Of a stretch of DNA of 64,000 bases, positions 1 through 14,300 are shown piece after piece. A program made the position numbers and the translations under genes. Source of the stretch: Eledone cirrhosa (lineage: Eukaryota); NCBI GenBank assembly GCA_964016885.1, contig OZ024741.1, positions 387,872,001 through 387,936,000 of the forward strand, read 5' to 3'. Numbering within the stretch: position 1 is the first letter of the stretch; each line of letters begins with the position of its first letter. A model generated the notes under the pieces. That model searched no databases and was not told where the DNA came from. It saw nothing but the letters and a program-made list of their open reading frames with translations.

Positions 1-3000
1 GTATTAACACTGAAGGTGGTAGCAGTATTAACACTGGAGGTGGTAACAGTAATGACACTGGAGGTGGTATCAATATTAACACAGGAGGTGGTATCAATAT
101 TAACACTGGAGGTGGTAGCAATATTAACACTGGAGGTGGTAGCAATATTAACACTGGAGCAGGTATCAATATTAACACTGGAGGTGGTAGCAGTATTAAC
201 ACTGGAGGTGGTAGCAATATTAACACTGGAGGTGGTAGCAGTATTAACACTGGAGGTGGTATCAATATTAACACTGGAGGTGGTAGCAGTATTAACACTG
301 GAGTTGGTAGCAGTATTATCACTGGAGGTGGTAGCAATATTAACACTGGAGGTGGTAGCAGTATTAACATTGGAGGTGGTAGCAATATTAACACTGGAGC
401 AGGTATCAATATTAACACTGGAGGTGGTAGCAGTATTAACATTGGAGGTGGTAGCAATATTAACACTGGAGCAGGTATCAATATTAACACTGGAGGTGGT
501 AGCAATATTAACACAGGAGGCGGTAGCAGTAATAACACTGGAGGTGGTATCAATATTAACACAGGAGGTGTTAGCAATATTAACACTGGAGCAGGTATCA
601 ATATTAACACTGGAGGTGGTAGCAGTATTAACACTGGAGGTGGTAGCAGTATTAACACTGGAGGTGTTAGCAATATTAACACTGGAGGTGGTAGCAGTAT
701 TAACACTGGAGGGGGTAGCAGTATTAACACTGGAGGTGGTAGCAGTATTAACACTGGAGGTGGTAGCAGTATTAACACTGGAGGGGGTAGCAGTATTAAC
801 ACTGGAGGTGGTAGCAGTATTAACACTGGAGGTGGTAGCAGTATTAACACTGGAGGTGTTAGCAGTATTAACACTGGAGGTGGTAGCAGTATTAACACTG
901 GAGGTGGTATCAGTATTAACACTGGAGGTGGTAGCAGTATTAACACTGGAGGTGGTAGCAGTATTAACACTGGAGGTGGTAGCAGTATTAACACTGGAGG
1001 TGTTAGCAGTATTAACACTGGAGGTGGTATCAATATTAACACAGGAGGTGGTAGCAATATTAACACTGGAGGTGTTAGCAATATTAACACTGGAGGTGGT
1101 ATCAATATTAACACTGGATGTGGTAGCAATATTAACACTGGAGGTGGTAGCAGTATTAACACTGGAGGTGGTAGCAGTATTAACAATGGAGGTGTTAGCA
1201 ATATTAACACTGGAGGTGGTAGCAGTATTAACACTGGAGGGGGTAGCAGTATTAACACTGGAGGTGGTAGCAATATTAACATTGGAGGTGGTAGCAATAT
1301 TAACACTGGAGGTGGTAGCAGTATTAACACTGGAGGTGGTAGCAGTATTAACACTGGAGGTGGTAGCAGTATTAACACTGGAGGTGTTAGCAGTATTAAC
1401 ACAGGAGGTGTTAGCAATATTAACACTGGAGGTGGTATCAATATTAACACTGGAGGTGGTAGCAATATTAACACTGGAGGTGGTAGCAGTATTAACACTG
1501 GAGGTGGTAGCAATATTAACACTGGAGGTGTTAGCAGTATTAACACTGGAGGTGTTAGCATTATTAACACTGGAGGTTGTAGCAATATTAACACTGGAGG
1601 TGGTAGCAGTATTAACACTGGAGGTGTTAGCAATATTAACACTGGAGGTGGTAGCAATATTAACACTGGAGGGGGTAGCAGTATTAACACTGGAGGTGGT
1701 AGCAATATTAACACTGGAGGTGGTAGCAGTATTAACACTGGAGGTGGTAGCAATATTAACACTGGAGGTGGTATCAGTATTAACACTGGAGATGGTAGCC
1801 GTATTAACACTGGAGTTGGTAGCAATATTAACACTGGAGGTGGTAGCAATATTAACACTGGAGGTGGTAGCAGTATTAAAACTGGAGGTGGTAGCAGTAT
1901 TAACACTGGAGGTGGTATCAATATTAGCACTGGAGGTGGTAGCAATATTAACACTGGAGGTGGTATCAATATTAACACTGGAGGTGGTAGCAGTATTAAC
2001 ACTGGAGGTGGTAGCAGTATTAACACTGGTGATGGTATCAATATTAACAATCGAGGTGGTAGCAGTATTAACACTGGAGGTGGTATCAATATTAACACTG
2101 GAGGTGGTAGCAGTATTAACACTGGAGGTGGTAGCAGTATTAACACTGGAGTTGGTAGCAGTATTAACACTGGAGGTGGTAGCAGTATTAACACTGGAGG
2201 TGGTAGCAGTATTAACACTGGAGGTGGTAGCAGTATTAACACTGGAGGTGGTAGCAATATTAACACTGGAGGTGGAAGCAGTATTAACAATGGAGGTGGT
2301 AGCAATATTAACACTGGAGGTGGTAGCAGTATTAACACTGGAGGTGGTAGCAGTATTAACACTGGAGGTGGTAGCAGTATTAACACTGGAGGTGGTATCA
2401 ATATTAACACTGGAGGTGGTAGCAGTATTAACACTGGAGGTGGTAGCAATATTAACACTGGAGGTGGTAGCAGTATTAAAACTGGAGGTGGTAGCAGTAT
2501 TAACACTGGAGGTGGTATCAATATTAGCACTGGAGGTGGTAGCAATATTAACACTGGAGGTGGTATCAATATTAACACTGGAGGTGGTAGCAGTATTAAC
2601 ACTGGAGGTGGTATCAATATTAACACTGGAGGTGGTAGCAGTATTAACACTGGAGGTGGTAGCAGTATTAACACTGGAGGTGGTAGCAGTATTAACACTG
2701 GAGGTGGTAGCAATATTAACACTGGAGGTGGTAGCAGTATTAACACTGGAGGTGGTATAAATATTAACACTGGAGGTGGTATCAATATTAACACTGGAGC
2801 GGGTATCAATATTAATACTGGAGGTGGTAGGAGTATTAACACTGGAGGTGGTAGCAGTATTAACACTGGAGGTGGTAGCAATATTAACACTGGGGGTGGT
2901 AGCAGTATTAACACTGGAGGTGGTAGCAATATTAACACTGGAGGTGGTATCAGTATTAACACAGGAGGTGGTAGCATTATTAACACTGGAGGTGGTAGCA

Positions 3001-6000
3001 GTATTAACACTGGAGGTGGTAGCAGTATTAACACTGGAGGTGGTAGCAGTAATACACTGGAGGTGGTATCAATATTAACACAGGAGGTGGTATCAATATT
3101 AACACTGCAGGTGGTAGCAATATTAACACTGGAGGTGGTAGCAATATTAACACTGGAGCAGGTATCAATATTAACACTGGAGGTGCTAGCAGTATTAACA
3201 CTGGAGGTGGTAGCAATATTAACACTGGAGGTGGAAGCAGTATTAACAATGGAGGTGGTAGCAATATTAACACTGGAGGTGGTAGCAGTATTAACACTGG
3301 AGGTGGTAGCAGTATTAACACTGGAGGTGGTAGCAGTATTAACACTGGAGGTGGTAGCAGTATTAACACTGGAGGTGGTATCAATATTAACACTGGAGCA
3401 GGTATCAAAATTATCACTGGAGGTGGTAGCAGTATTAACACTGGAGGTGGTATCAATATTAACACTGGAGGTGGTAGCAGTATTAACACTGGAGGTGGTA
3501 GCAGTATTAACACTGGAGGTGGTAGCAGTATTAAAACTGGAGGTGGTAGCAATATTAACACTGGAGGTGGTAGCAGTATTAACACTGGAGGTGGTAGCAG
3601 TAATAACACTGGAGGTGGTAGCAGTATTAACACTGGAGGTGGTAGCAATATTAACACTGGAGGTGGTAGCAGTATTAACACTGGAGGTGGTAGCAATATT
3701 AACACTGGAGGTGGTAGCAATATTAACACTGGAGCTGGTAGCAGTATTAACACTGGAGGTGGTAGCAGTAATAACACTGGAGGTGGTAGCAGTATTAACA
3801 CTGGAGGTGGTAGCAATATTAACACTGGAGGTGGTAGCAATATTAACATTGGAGGTGGTAGCAGTATTAACACTGGAGGTGGTAGCAGTAATAACACTGG
3901 AGGTGGTAGCAGTATTAACACTGGAGGTGGTAGCAATATTAACACTGGAGGTGGTAGCAATATTAAAACTGGAGGTGGTAGCAGTATTAACACTGGAGGT
4001 GGTAGCAGTATTAACACTGGATGTGGTAGCAATATTAACACTGGAGGTGGTAGCAGTATTAACACTGGAGAGGGTATCAATATTAACACTGGAGGTGGTA
4101 GCAGTATTAACACTGGAGGTGGTAGCAATATTAACACTGGAGGTGGTAGCAATATTAACACTGGAGGTGGTAGCAGTATTAACACTGGAGGTGGTAGCAG
4201 TATTAACACTGGAGGTGGTAGCAGTATTAACACTGGATGTGGTAGCAATATTAACACTGGAGGTGGTAGCAGTATTAACACTGGAGCGGGTATCAATATT
4301 AATACTGGAGGTGGTAGCAGTATTAACACTGGAGGTGGTAGCAATATTAACACTGGAGGTGGTAGCAGTATTAACACTGGAGGTGGTAGCAATATTAACA
4401 CTGGAGGTGGTATAAGTATTAACACTGGAGGTGGTAGCATTATTAACACTGGAGGTGGTAGCAGTATTAACACTGAAGGTGGTAGCAGTATTAACACTGG
4501 AGTTGGTAGCAGTAATGACACTCGAGGTGGTATCAATATTAACACAGGAGGTGGTATCAATATTAACACTGGAGGTGGTAGCAATATTAACACTGGAGGT
4601 GGTAGCAATATTAACACTGGAGCAGGTATCAATATTAACACTGGAGGTGGTAGCAGTATTAACACTGGAGGTGGTAGCAATATTAACACTGGAGGTGGTA
4701 GCAGTATTAACATTGGAGGTGGTAGCAATATTACACTGTAGGTGGTAGCAGTATTAACACTGGAGGGGGTAGCAGTATTAACACTGGAGGGGGTAGCAGT
4801 ATTAACACTGGAGCAGGTATCAATATTAACACTGGAGGTGGTAGCAGTATTAACACTGGAGGTGGTAGCAATATTAACACTGGAGGTGGTAGTAGTATTA
4901 ACACTAGAGGTGGTAGCAGTATTAACACTGGAGGTGGTAGCAATATTAACACAGGAGGTGGTATCAGTAATAACACTGGAGGTGGTATCAATATTAACAC
5001 AGGAGGTGTTAGCAATATTAACACTGGAGCAGGTATCAATATTAACACTGGAGGTGGTAGCAGTATTAACACTGGAGGTGGTAGCAATATTAACACTGGA
5101 GGTGGTAGCAGTATTAACACTGGAGGTGGTAGCAGTATTAACACTGGAGGGGGTAGCAATATTAACACTGGAGGTGGTAGCAGTATTAACACTGGAGGTG
5201 GTAGCAGTATTAACACTGGAGGTGGTAGCAGTATTAACACTGGAGGGGGTAGCAATATTAACACTGGAGGTGGTAGCAGTATTAACACTGGAGGTGGTAG
5301 CAATATTAACACTGGAGGTGGTAGCAGTATTAACACTGGAGGTGGTAGCAATATTAACACTGGAGGTGGTAGCAGTATTAACACTGGAGGTGTTAGCAGT
5401 ATTAACACTGGAGGGGGTAGCAGTATTAACACTGGAGGGGTAGCAGTATTAACACTGGAGGTGTTAGCAATATTTACACTGGAGGTGGTAGCAGTATTAA
5501 CACTGGAGGTGGTAGCAATATTATCACTGGAGGTGGTAGCAGTATTAACACTGGAGGTGTTAGCAGTATTAACACTGGAGGGTGTAGCAGTATTAACACT
5601 GGAGGTGGTAGCAGTATTAACACTGGAGGTGGTAGCAGTATTAACACTGGAGGTGTTAGCAGTATTAACACTGGAGGTGGTATCAATATTAACACAGGAG
5701 GTGGTAGCAATATTAACACATGAGGTGTTAGCAATATTAACACTGGAGGTGGTATCAATGTTAACACTGGAGGTGGTAGCAATATTAACACTGGAGGTGG
5801 TAGCAGTATTAACACTGGAGGTGGTATCAATATTAACACTGGAGGGGGTAGCAGTATTAACACTGGAGGGGCTAGCAGTATTAACACTGGAGGTGGTAGC
5901 AGTATTAACACTGGAGGTGGTAGCAGTATTAACACTGGAGGTGGTAGCAGTATTAACACTGGAGGTGGTAGCAATATTAACACTGGAGGTGGTAGCAGTA

Positions 6001-9000
6001 TTAACACTGGAGGTGTTAGCAATATTAGACTGGAGGTGGTAGCAGTATTAACACTGGAGGGGGTAGCAGTATTAACACTGGAGGTGGTAGCAATATTAAC
6101 ACTGGAGATGGTAGCCGTATTAACACTGGAGGTGGTAGCAATATTAACACTGGAGGTGTTAGCAGTATTAACACTGGAGGTGGTAGCAGTATTAACACTG
6201 GAGGTGGTAGCAATATTAACACTGGAGGTGGTAGCAGTATTAACACTGGAGGTGTTAGCAATGTTACACTGGAGGTGGTAGCAGTATTAACACTGGAGGG
6301 GGTAGCAGTATTAACACTGGAGGTGGTAGCAATATTAACACTGGAGATGGTAGCCGTATTAACACTGGAGGTGGTAGCAATATTAACACTGGAGGTGGTA
6401 GGAATATTAACACTGGAGGTGGTATCAATATTAACACTGGAGGTGGTAGCAGTATTAAAACTGGAGGTGGTAGCAATATTAACACTGGAAGTGGTATCAA
6501 TATTAACACTGGAGGTGGTAGCAGTATTAACACTGGAGGTGGTAGCAGTATTAACACTGGAGGTGGTTTCAATATTAGCACTGGAGGTGGTAGCAATATT
6601 AACACTGGAGGTGGTATCAATATTAACACTGGAGGTGGTAGCAGTATTAACACTGGAGGTGGTAGCAGTATTAACACTGGTGATGGTATAAAAATTAACA
6701 ATCGAGGTGGTAGCAGTATTAACACTGGAGGTGGTATCAATATTAACACTGGAGGTGGTAGCAGTATTAACACTGGAGGTGGTAGCAGTATTAACACTGG
6801 AGGTGGTATAAATATTAACACTGGAGGTGGTATCAATATTATCACTGGAGCGGGTATCAATATTAACACTGGAGGTGGTTGCAGTATTAACACTGGAGGT
6901 GGTAGCAATATTAACACTGGAGGTGGTAGCAATATTAACACTGGAGGTGGTAGCAATATTAACACTGGAGGTGGTAGCAGTATTAACACTGGAGGTGGTA
7001 GCAGTATTAACACTGGAGGTGGTAGCAGTATTAACACTGGAGGTGGTAGCAGTATTAACACTGGAGGTGGTAGCAGTATTAACACAGGAGGTGTTAGCAA
7101 TATTAACAATGGAGGTGGTATCAATATTAACACTGGAGGTGGTATCAATATTAACACTGGAGGTGGTAGCAGTATTAACACTGGAGGTGGTAGCAATATT
7201 AACACTGGAGGTGTTAGCAGTATTAACACTGGAGGTGGTAGCAGTATTAACACTGGAGGTGGTAGCAATATTAACACTGGAGGTGGTAGCAATATTAACA
7301 CTGGAGGTGGTATCAATATTAACACTGGAGGTGGTAGCAGTATTAACACTGGAGGTGGTAGCAATATTAACACTGGAAGTGGTATCAATATTAGCACTGG
7401 AGGTGGTAGCAGTATTAACACTGGAGGTGGTAGCAGTATTAACACTGGAGGTGGTATCAATATTAGCACTGGAGGTGTTATCAATATTAACACTGGAGGT
7501 GGTAGCAGTATTAACACTGGAGGTGGTAGCAGTATTAACACTGGTGATGGTATCGATATTAACAATCGAGGTGGTAGCAGTATTAACACTGGAGGTGGTA
7601 TCAATATTAACACTGGAGGTGGTAGCAGTATTAACACTGGAGGTGGTAGCAGTATTAACACTGGAGGTGGTATAAATATTAACACTGGAGGTGGTATCAA
7701 TATTAACACTGGAGCGGGTATCAATATTAGCACTGGAGGTGGTAGCAGTATTAACACTGGAGGTGGTAGCAGTATTAACACTGGAGGTGGTAGCAATATT
7801 AACACTGGAGGTGCTAGCATTATTAACACTGGAGGTGGTAGCAATATTAACACTGGAGGTGGTAGCAGTATTAACACTGGAGGTGGTAGCAATATTAACA
7901 CTGGAGGTGGTATCAGTATTAACACTGGAGGTGGTAGCAGTATTAACACTGAAGGTGGCAGCAGTATTAACACTGGAGGTGGTAACAGTAATGACACTGG
8001 AGGTGGTATCAATATTAACACAGGAGGTGGTAGCAATATTAACACTGGAGGTGGTAGCAGTATTAACATTGGAGGTGGTCGCAATATTAACACTGGAGCA
8101 GGTATCAATATTAACACTGGAGGTGGTAGCAGTATTAACACTGGAGGTGGTAGCAATATTAACACTGGAGGTGGTAGCAATATTAACACAGGAGGTGGTA
8201 GCAGTAATAACACTGGAGGTGGTATCAATATTAACACAGGAGGTGTTAGCAATATTAACACTGGAGCAGGTATCAATATTAACACTGGAGGTGGTAGCAG
8301 TATTAACACTGGAGGTGGTAGCAATATTAACACTGGAGGTGGTAGCAGTATTAACACTGGAGGTGGTAGCAGTATTAACACTGGAGGTGGTAGCAGTATT
8401 AACACTGGAGGTGGTAGCAGTATTAACACTGGAGGGGTAGCAGTATTAACACTGGAGGTGGTAGCAGTATTAAGACTGGAGGTGGTAGCAGTATTAATAC
8501 TGGAGGGGGTAGCAGTATTAACACTGGAGGTGGTAGCAGTATTAACACTGGAGGTGGTAGCAATATTAACACTGGAGGTGGTAGCAGTATTAACACTGGA
8601 GGTGGTAGCAGTATTAACACTGGAGGGGTAGCAGTATTAACACTGGAGGTGGTAGCAGTATTAAGACTGGAGGTGGTAGCAGTATTAACACTGGAGGTGT
8701 TAGCAGTATTAACACTGGAGGGGGTAGCAATATTAACACTGGAGGTGGTAGCAGTATTAACACTGGAGGTGGTAGCAATATTAACACTGGAGGTGGTAGC
8801 AGTATTAACACTGGAGGTGGTAGCAATATTAACACTGGAGGTGGTAGCAGTATTAACACTGGAGGTGTTAGCAGTATTAACACTGGAGGGGGTAGCAGTA
8901 TTAACACTGGAGGGGGTAGCAGTATTAACACTGGAGGTGTTAGCAATATTAACACTGGAGGTGGTAGCAGTATTAACACTGGAGGTGGTAGCAATATTAA

Positions 9001-11390
9001 CACTGGAGGTGGCAGCAGTATTAACACTGGAGGTGTTAGCAGTATTAACACTGGAGGGGGTAGCAGTATTAACACTGGAGGTGGTAGCAGTATTAACACT
9101 GGAGGTGGTAGCAGTATTAACACTGGAGGTGTTAGCAGTATTAACACTGGAGGTGGTATCAATATTAACACAGGAGGTGGTAGCAATATTAACACTGGAG
9201 GTGTTAGCAATATTAACACTGGAGGTGGTATCAATATTAACACTGGAGGTGGTAGCAATATTAACACTGGAGGTGGTAGCAGTATTAACACTGGAGGTGG
9301 TATCAATATTAACACTGGAGGGGGTAGCAGTATTAACACTGGAGGTGGTAGCAGTATTAACACTGGAGGTGATAGCAGTATTAACACTGGAGGTGTTAGC
9401 AATATTAACACTGGAGGTGGTAGCAGTATTAACACTGGAGGTGGTATCAATATTAACACTGGAGGTGGTAGCAGTATTAACACTGGAGGTGGTAGCAGTA
9501 TTAACACTGGAGGTGGTATAAATATTAACACTGGAGGTGGTATCAATATTATCACTGGAGCGGGTATCAATATTAACACTGGAGGTGGTAGCAGTATTAA
9601 CACTGGAGGTGGTAGCAATATTAACACTGGAGGTGGTAGCAATATTAACACTGGAGGTGGTAGCAATATTAACACTGGAGGTGGTAGCAGTATTAACACT
9701 GGAGGTGTTAGCAGTATTAACACTGGAGGTGGTAGCAGTATTAACAATGGAGGTGGTAGCAATATTAACATTGGAGGTGGTAGCAATATTAACACTGGAG
9801 GTGGTATCAATATTAACACTGGAGGTGGTAGCAGTATTAACACTGGAGGTGGTAGCAATATTAACACTGGAGGTGGTAGCAATATTAACACTGGAGGTGG
9901 TAGCAATATTAACACTGGAGGTGGTAGCAGTATTAACACTGGAGGTGGTAGCAGTATTAACACTGGAGGTGGTAGCAATATTAACACTGGAGGTGTTAGC
10001 AGTATTAACACTGGAGGTGGTAGCAGTATGAACAATGGAGGTGGTAGCAATATTAACACTGGAGGTGGTAGCAATATTAACACTGGACGTGGTATCAATA
10101 TTAACACTGTAGGTGGTAGCAGTATTAACACTGGAGGTGGTAGCAATATTAACACTGGAAGTGGTATCAATATTAACACTGGAGGTGGTAGCAGTATTAA
10201 CACTGGAGGTGGTAGCAGTATTAACAATGGAGGTGGTATCAATATTAGCACTGGAGGTGGTATCAATATTAACACTGGAGGTGGTAGCAGTATTAACACT
10301 GGAGGTGGTAGCAGTATTAACACTGGTGATGGTATCAATATTAACAATCGAGGTGGTAGCAGTATTAACACTGGAGGTGGTATCAATATTAACACTGGAG
10401 GTGGTAGCAGTATTAACACTGGAGGTGGTAGCAGTATTAACACTGGAGGTGGTATAAATAATAACACTGGAGGTGGTATCAATATTAACACTGGAGCGGG
10501 TATCAATATTAACACTGGAGGTGGTAGCAGTATTAACACTGGAGGTGGTAGCAGTATTAACACTGGAGGTGGTAGCAATATTAACACTGGAGGTGCTAGC
10601 AGTATTAACACTGGAGGTGGTAGCAATATTAATACTGGAGGTGGTAGCAGTATTAACACTGGAGGTGGTAGCAATATTAACACTGGAGGTGGTATCAGTA
10701 TTAAAACTGGAGGTTGTAGCAGTATTAACACTGAAGGTGGTAGCAGTATTAACACTGGAGGTGGTAACAGTAATGACAATGGAGGTGGTATCAATATTAA
10801 CACAGGAGGTGGTAGCAATATTAACACTGGAGGTGGTAGCAGTATTAACATTGGAGGTGGTAGCAATATTAACACTGGAGCAGGTATCAATATTAACACT
10901 GGAGGTGGTAGCAGTATTAACACTGGAGGTGGTAGCAATATTAACACTGGAGGTGGTAGCAATATTAACACAGGAGGTGGTAGCAGTAATAACAATGGAG
11001 GTGGTATCAATATTAACACAGGAGGTGTTAGCAATATTAACACTGGAGCAGGTATCAATATTAACACTGGAGGTGGTAGCAGTATTAACACTGGAGGTGG
11101 TAGCAATATTAACACTGGAGGTGGTAGCAGTATTAACACTGGAGGTGGTAGCAGTATTAACACTGGAGGTGGTAGCAGTATTAACACTGGAGGTGGTAGC
11201 AGTATTAACACTGGAGGTGTTAGCAATATTAACACTGGAGGTGGTAGCAGTATTAATACTGGAGGGGGTAGCAGTATTAACACTGGAGGTGGTAGCAGTA
11301 TTAACACTGGAGGTGGTAGCAATATTAACACTGGAGGTGGTAGCAGTATTAACACTGGAGGTGGTAGCAGTATTAACACTGGAGGGGTAG

Positions 11391-14300
11391 CAGTATTAAC
11401 ACTGGAGGTGGTAGCAGTATTAACACTGGAGGTGGTAGCAGTATTAACACTGGAGGTGTTAGCAGTATTAACACTGGAGGGGGTAGCAATATTAACACTG
11501 GAGGTGGTAGCAGTATTAACACTGGAGGTGGTAGCAATATTAATACTGGAGGTGGTAGCAGTATTAACACCGGAGGTGGTAGCAATATTAACACTGGAGG
11601 TGGTAGCAGTATTAACACTGGAGGTGTTAGCAGTATTAACACTGGAGGGGGTAGCAGTATTAACACTGGAGGTGTTAGCAATATTAACACTGGAGGTGGT
11701 AGCAGTATTAACACTGGAGGTGGTAGCAATATTAACACTGGAGGTGGTAGCAGTATTAACACTGGAGGTGTTAGCAGTATTAACACTGGAGGGGGTAGCA
11801 GTATTAACACTGGAGGTGGTAGCAGTATTAACACTGGAGGTGGTAGCAGTATTAACACTGGAGGTGTTAGCAGTATTAACACTGGAGGTGGTATCAATAT
11901 TAACACAGGAGGTGGTAGCAATATTAACACTGGAAGTGTTAGCAATATTAACACTGGAGGTGGTATCAATATTAACACTGGAGGTGGTATCAGTATTAAC
12001 ACTGGAGGTGGTAGCAGTATTAACACTGAAGGTGGTAGCAGTATTAACACTGGAGGTGGTAACAGTAATGACACTGGAGGTGGTATCAATATTAACACAG
12101 GAGGTGGTAGCAGTATTAACATTGGAGGTGGTAGCAATATTAACACTGGAGCAGGTATCAATATTAACACTGGAGGTGGTAGCAGTATTAACACTGGAGG
12201 TGGTAGCAATATTAACACTGGAGGTGGTAGCAACATTAACACAGGAGGTGGTAGCAGTAATAACACTGGAGGTGGTATCAATATTAACACAGGAGGTGTT
12301 AGCAATATTAACACTGAAGCAGGTATCAATATTAACACTGGAGGTGGTAGCAGTATTAACACTGGAGGTGGTAGCAATATTAACACTGGAGGTGGTAGCA
12401 GTATTAACACTGGAGGTGGTAGCAGTATTAACACTGGAGGTGGTAGCAGTATTAACACTGGAGGTGGTAGCAGTATTAACACTGGAGGTGTTAGCAATAT
12501 TAACACTGGAGGTGGTAGCAGTATTAATACTGGAGGGCGTAGCAGTATTAACACTGGAGGTGGTAGCAGTATTAACACTGGAGGTGGTAGCAATATTAAC
12601 ACTGGAGGTGGTAGCAGTATTAACACTGGAGGTGGTAGCAGTATTAACACTGGAGGGGTAGCAGTATTAACACTGGAGGTGGTAGCAGTATTAAGACTGG
12701 AGGTGGTAGCAGTATTAACACTGGAGGTGTTAGCAGTATTAACACTGGAGGGGGTAGCAATATTGACACTGGAGGTGGTAGCAGTATTAACACTGGAGGT
12801 GGTAGCAATATTAACACTGGAGGTGGTATCAATATTAACACTGGAGGTGGTAGCAGTATTAACACTGGAGGTGGTAGCAGTATTAACACTGGAGGTGGTA
12901 TAAATAATAACAGTGGAGGTGGTATCAATATTAACACTGGAGCGGGTATCAATATTAACACTGGAGGTGGTAGCAGTATTAACACTGGAGGTGGTAGCAG
13001 TATTAACACTGGAGGTGGTAGCAATATTAACACTGGAGGTGCTAGCAGTATTAACACTGGAGGTGGTAGCAATATTAATACTGGAGGTGGTAGCAGTATT
13101 AACACTGGAGGTGGTAGCAATATTAACACTGGAGGTGGTATCAGTATTATAACTGGAGGTGTTAGCAGTATTAACACTGTAGGTGGTAGCAGTATTAACA
13201 CTGGAGGTGGTAGCAGTATTAACACTGGAGGTGGTAGCAATATTAACACTGGAGCAGGTATCAACATTAACACTGGAGGTGGTAGCAGTATTAACATTGG
13301 AGGTGGTAGCAGTATTAACACTGGAGGGGTAGCAGTATTAACACTGGAGGTGGTAGCAGTATTAACACTGGAGGTGGTAGCAGTATTAACACTGGAAGTG
13401 TTAGCAGTATTAACACTGGAGGGGGTAGCAATATTAACACTGGAGGTGGTAGCAGTATTAACACTGGAGGTGGTAGCAATATTAATACTGGAGGTGGTAG
13501 CAGTATTAACACTGGAGGTGGTAGCAATATTAACACTGGAGGTGGTAGCAGTATTAACACTGGAGGTGTTAGCAGTATTAACACTGGAGGGGGTAGCAGT
13601 ATTAACACTGGAGGTGTTAGCAATATTAACACTGGAGGTGGTAGCAGTATTAACACTGGAGGTGGTAGCAATATTAACACTGGAGGTGGTAGCAGTATTA
13701 ACACTGGAGGTGTTAGCAGTATTAACACTGGAGGGGGTAGCAGTATTAACACTGGAGGTGGTAGCAGTATTAATACTGGAGGTGGTAGCAGTATTAACAC
13801 TGGAGGTGTTAGCAGTATTAACACTGGAGGTGGTATCAATATTAACACAGGAGGTGGTAGCAATATTAACACTGGAAGTGTTAGCAATATTAACACTGGA
13901 GGTGGTATCAATATTAACACTGGAGGTGGTATCAGTATTAACACTGGAGGTGGTAGCAGTATTAACACTGAAGGTGGTAGCAGTATTAACACTGGAGGTG
14001 GTAACAGTAATGACACTGGAGGTGGTATCAATATTAACACAGGAGGTGGTAGCAGTATTAACATTGGAGGTGGTAGCAATATTAACACTGGAGCAGGTAT
14101 CAATATTAACACTGGAGGTGGTAGCAGTATTAACACTGGAGGTGGTAGCAATATTAACACTGGAGGTGGTAGCAATATTAACACAGGAGGTGGTAGCAGT
14201 AATAACACTGGAGGTGGTATCAATATTAACACAGGAGGTGTTAGCAATATTAACACTGGAGCAGGTATCAATATTAACACTGGAGGTGGTAGCAGTATTA

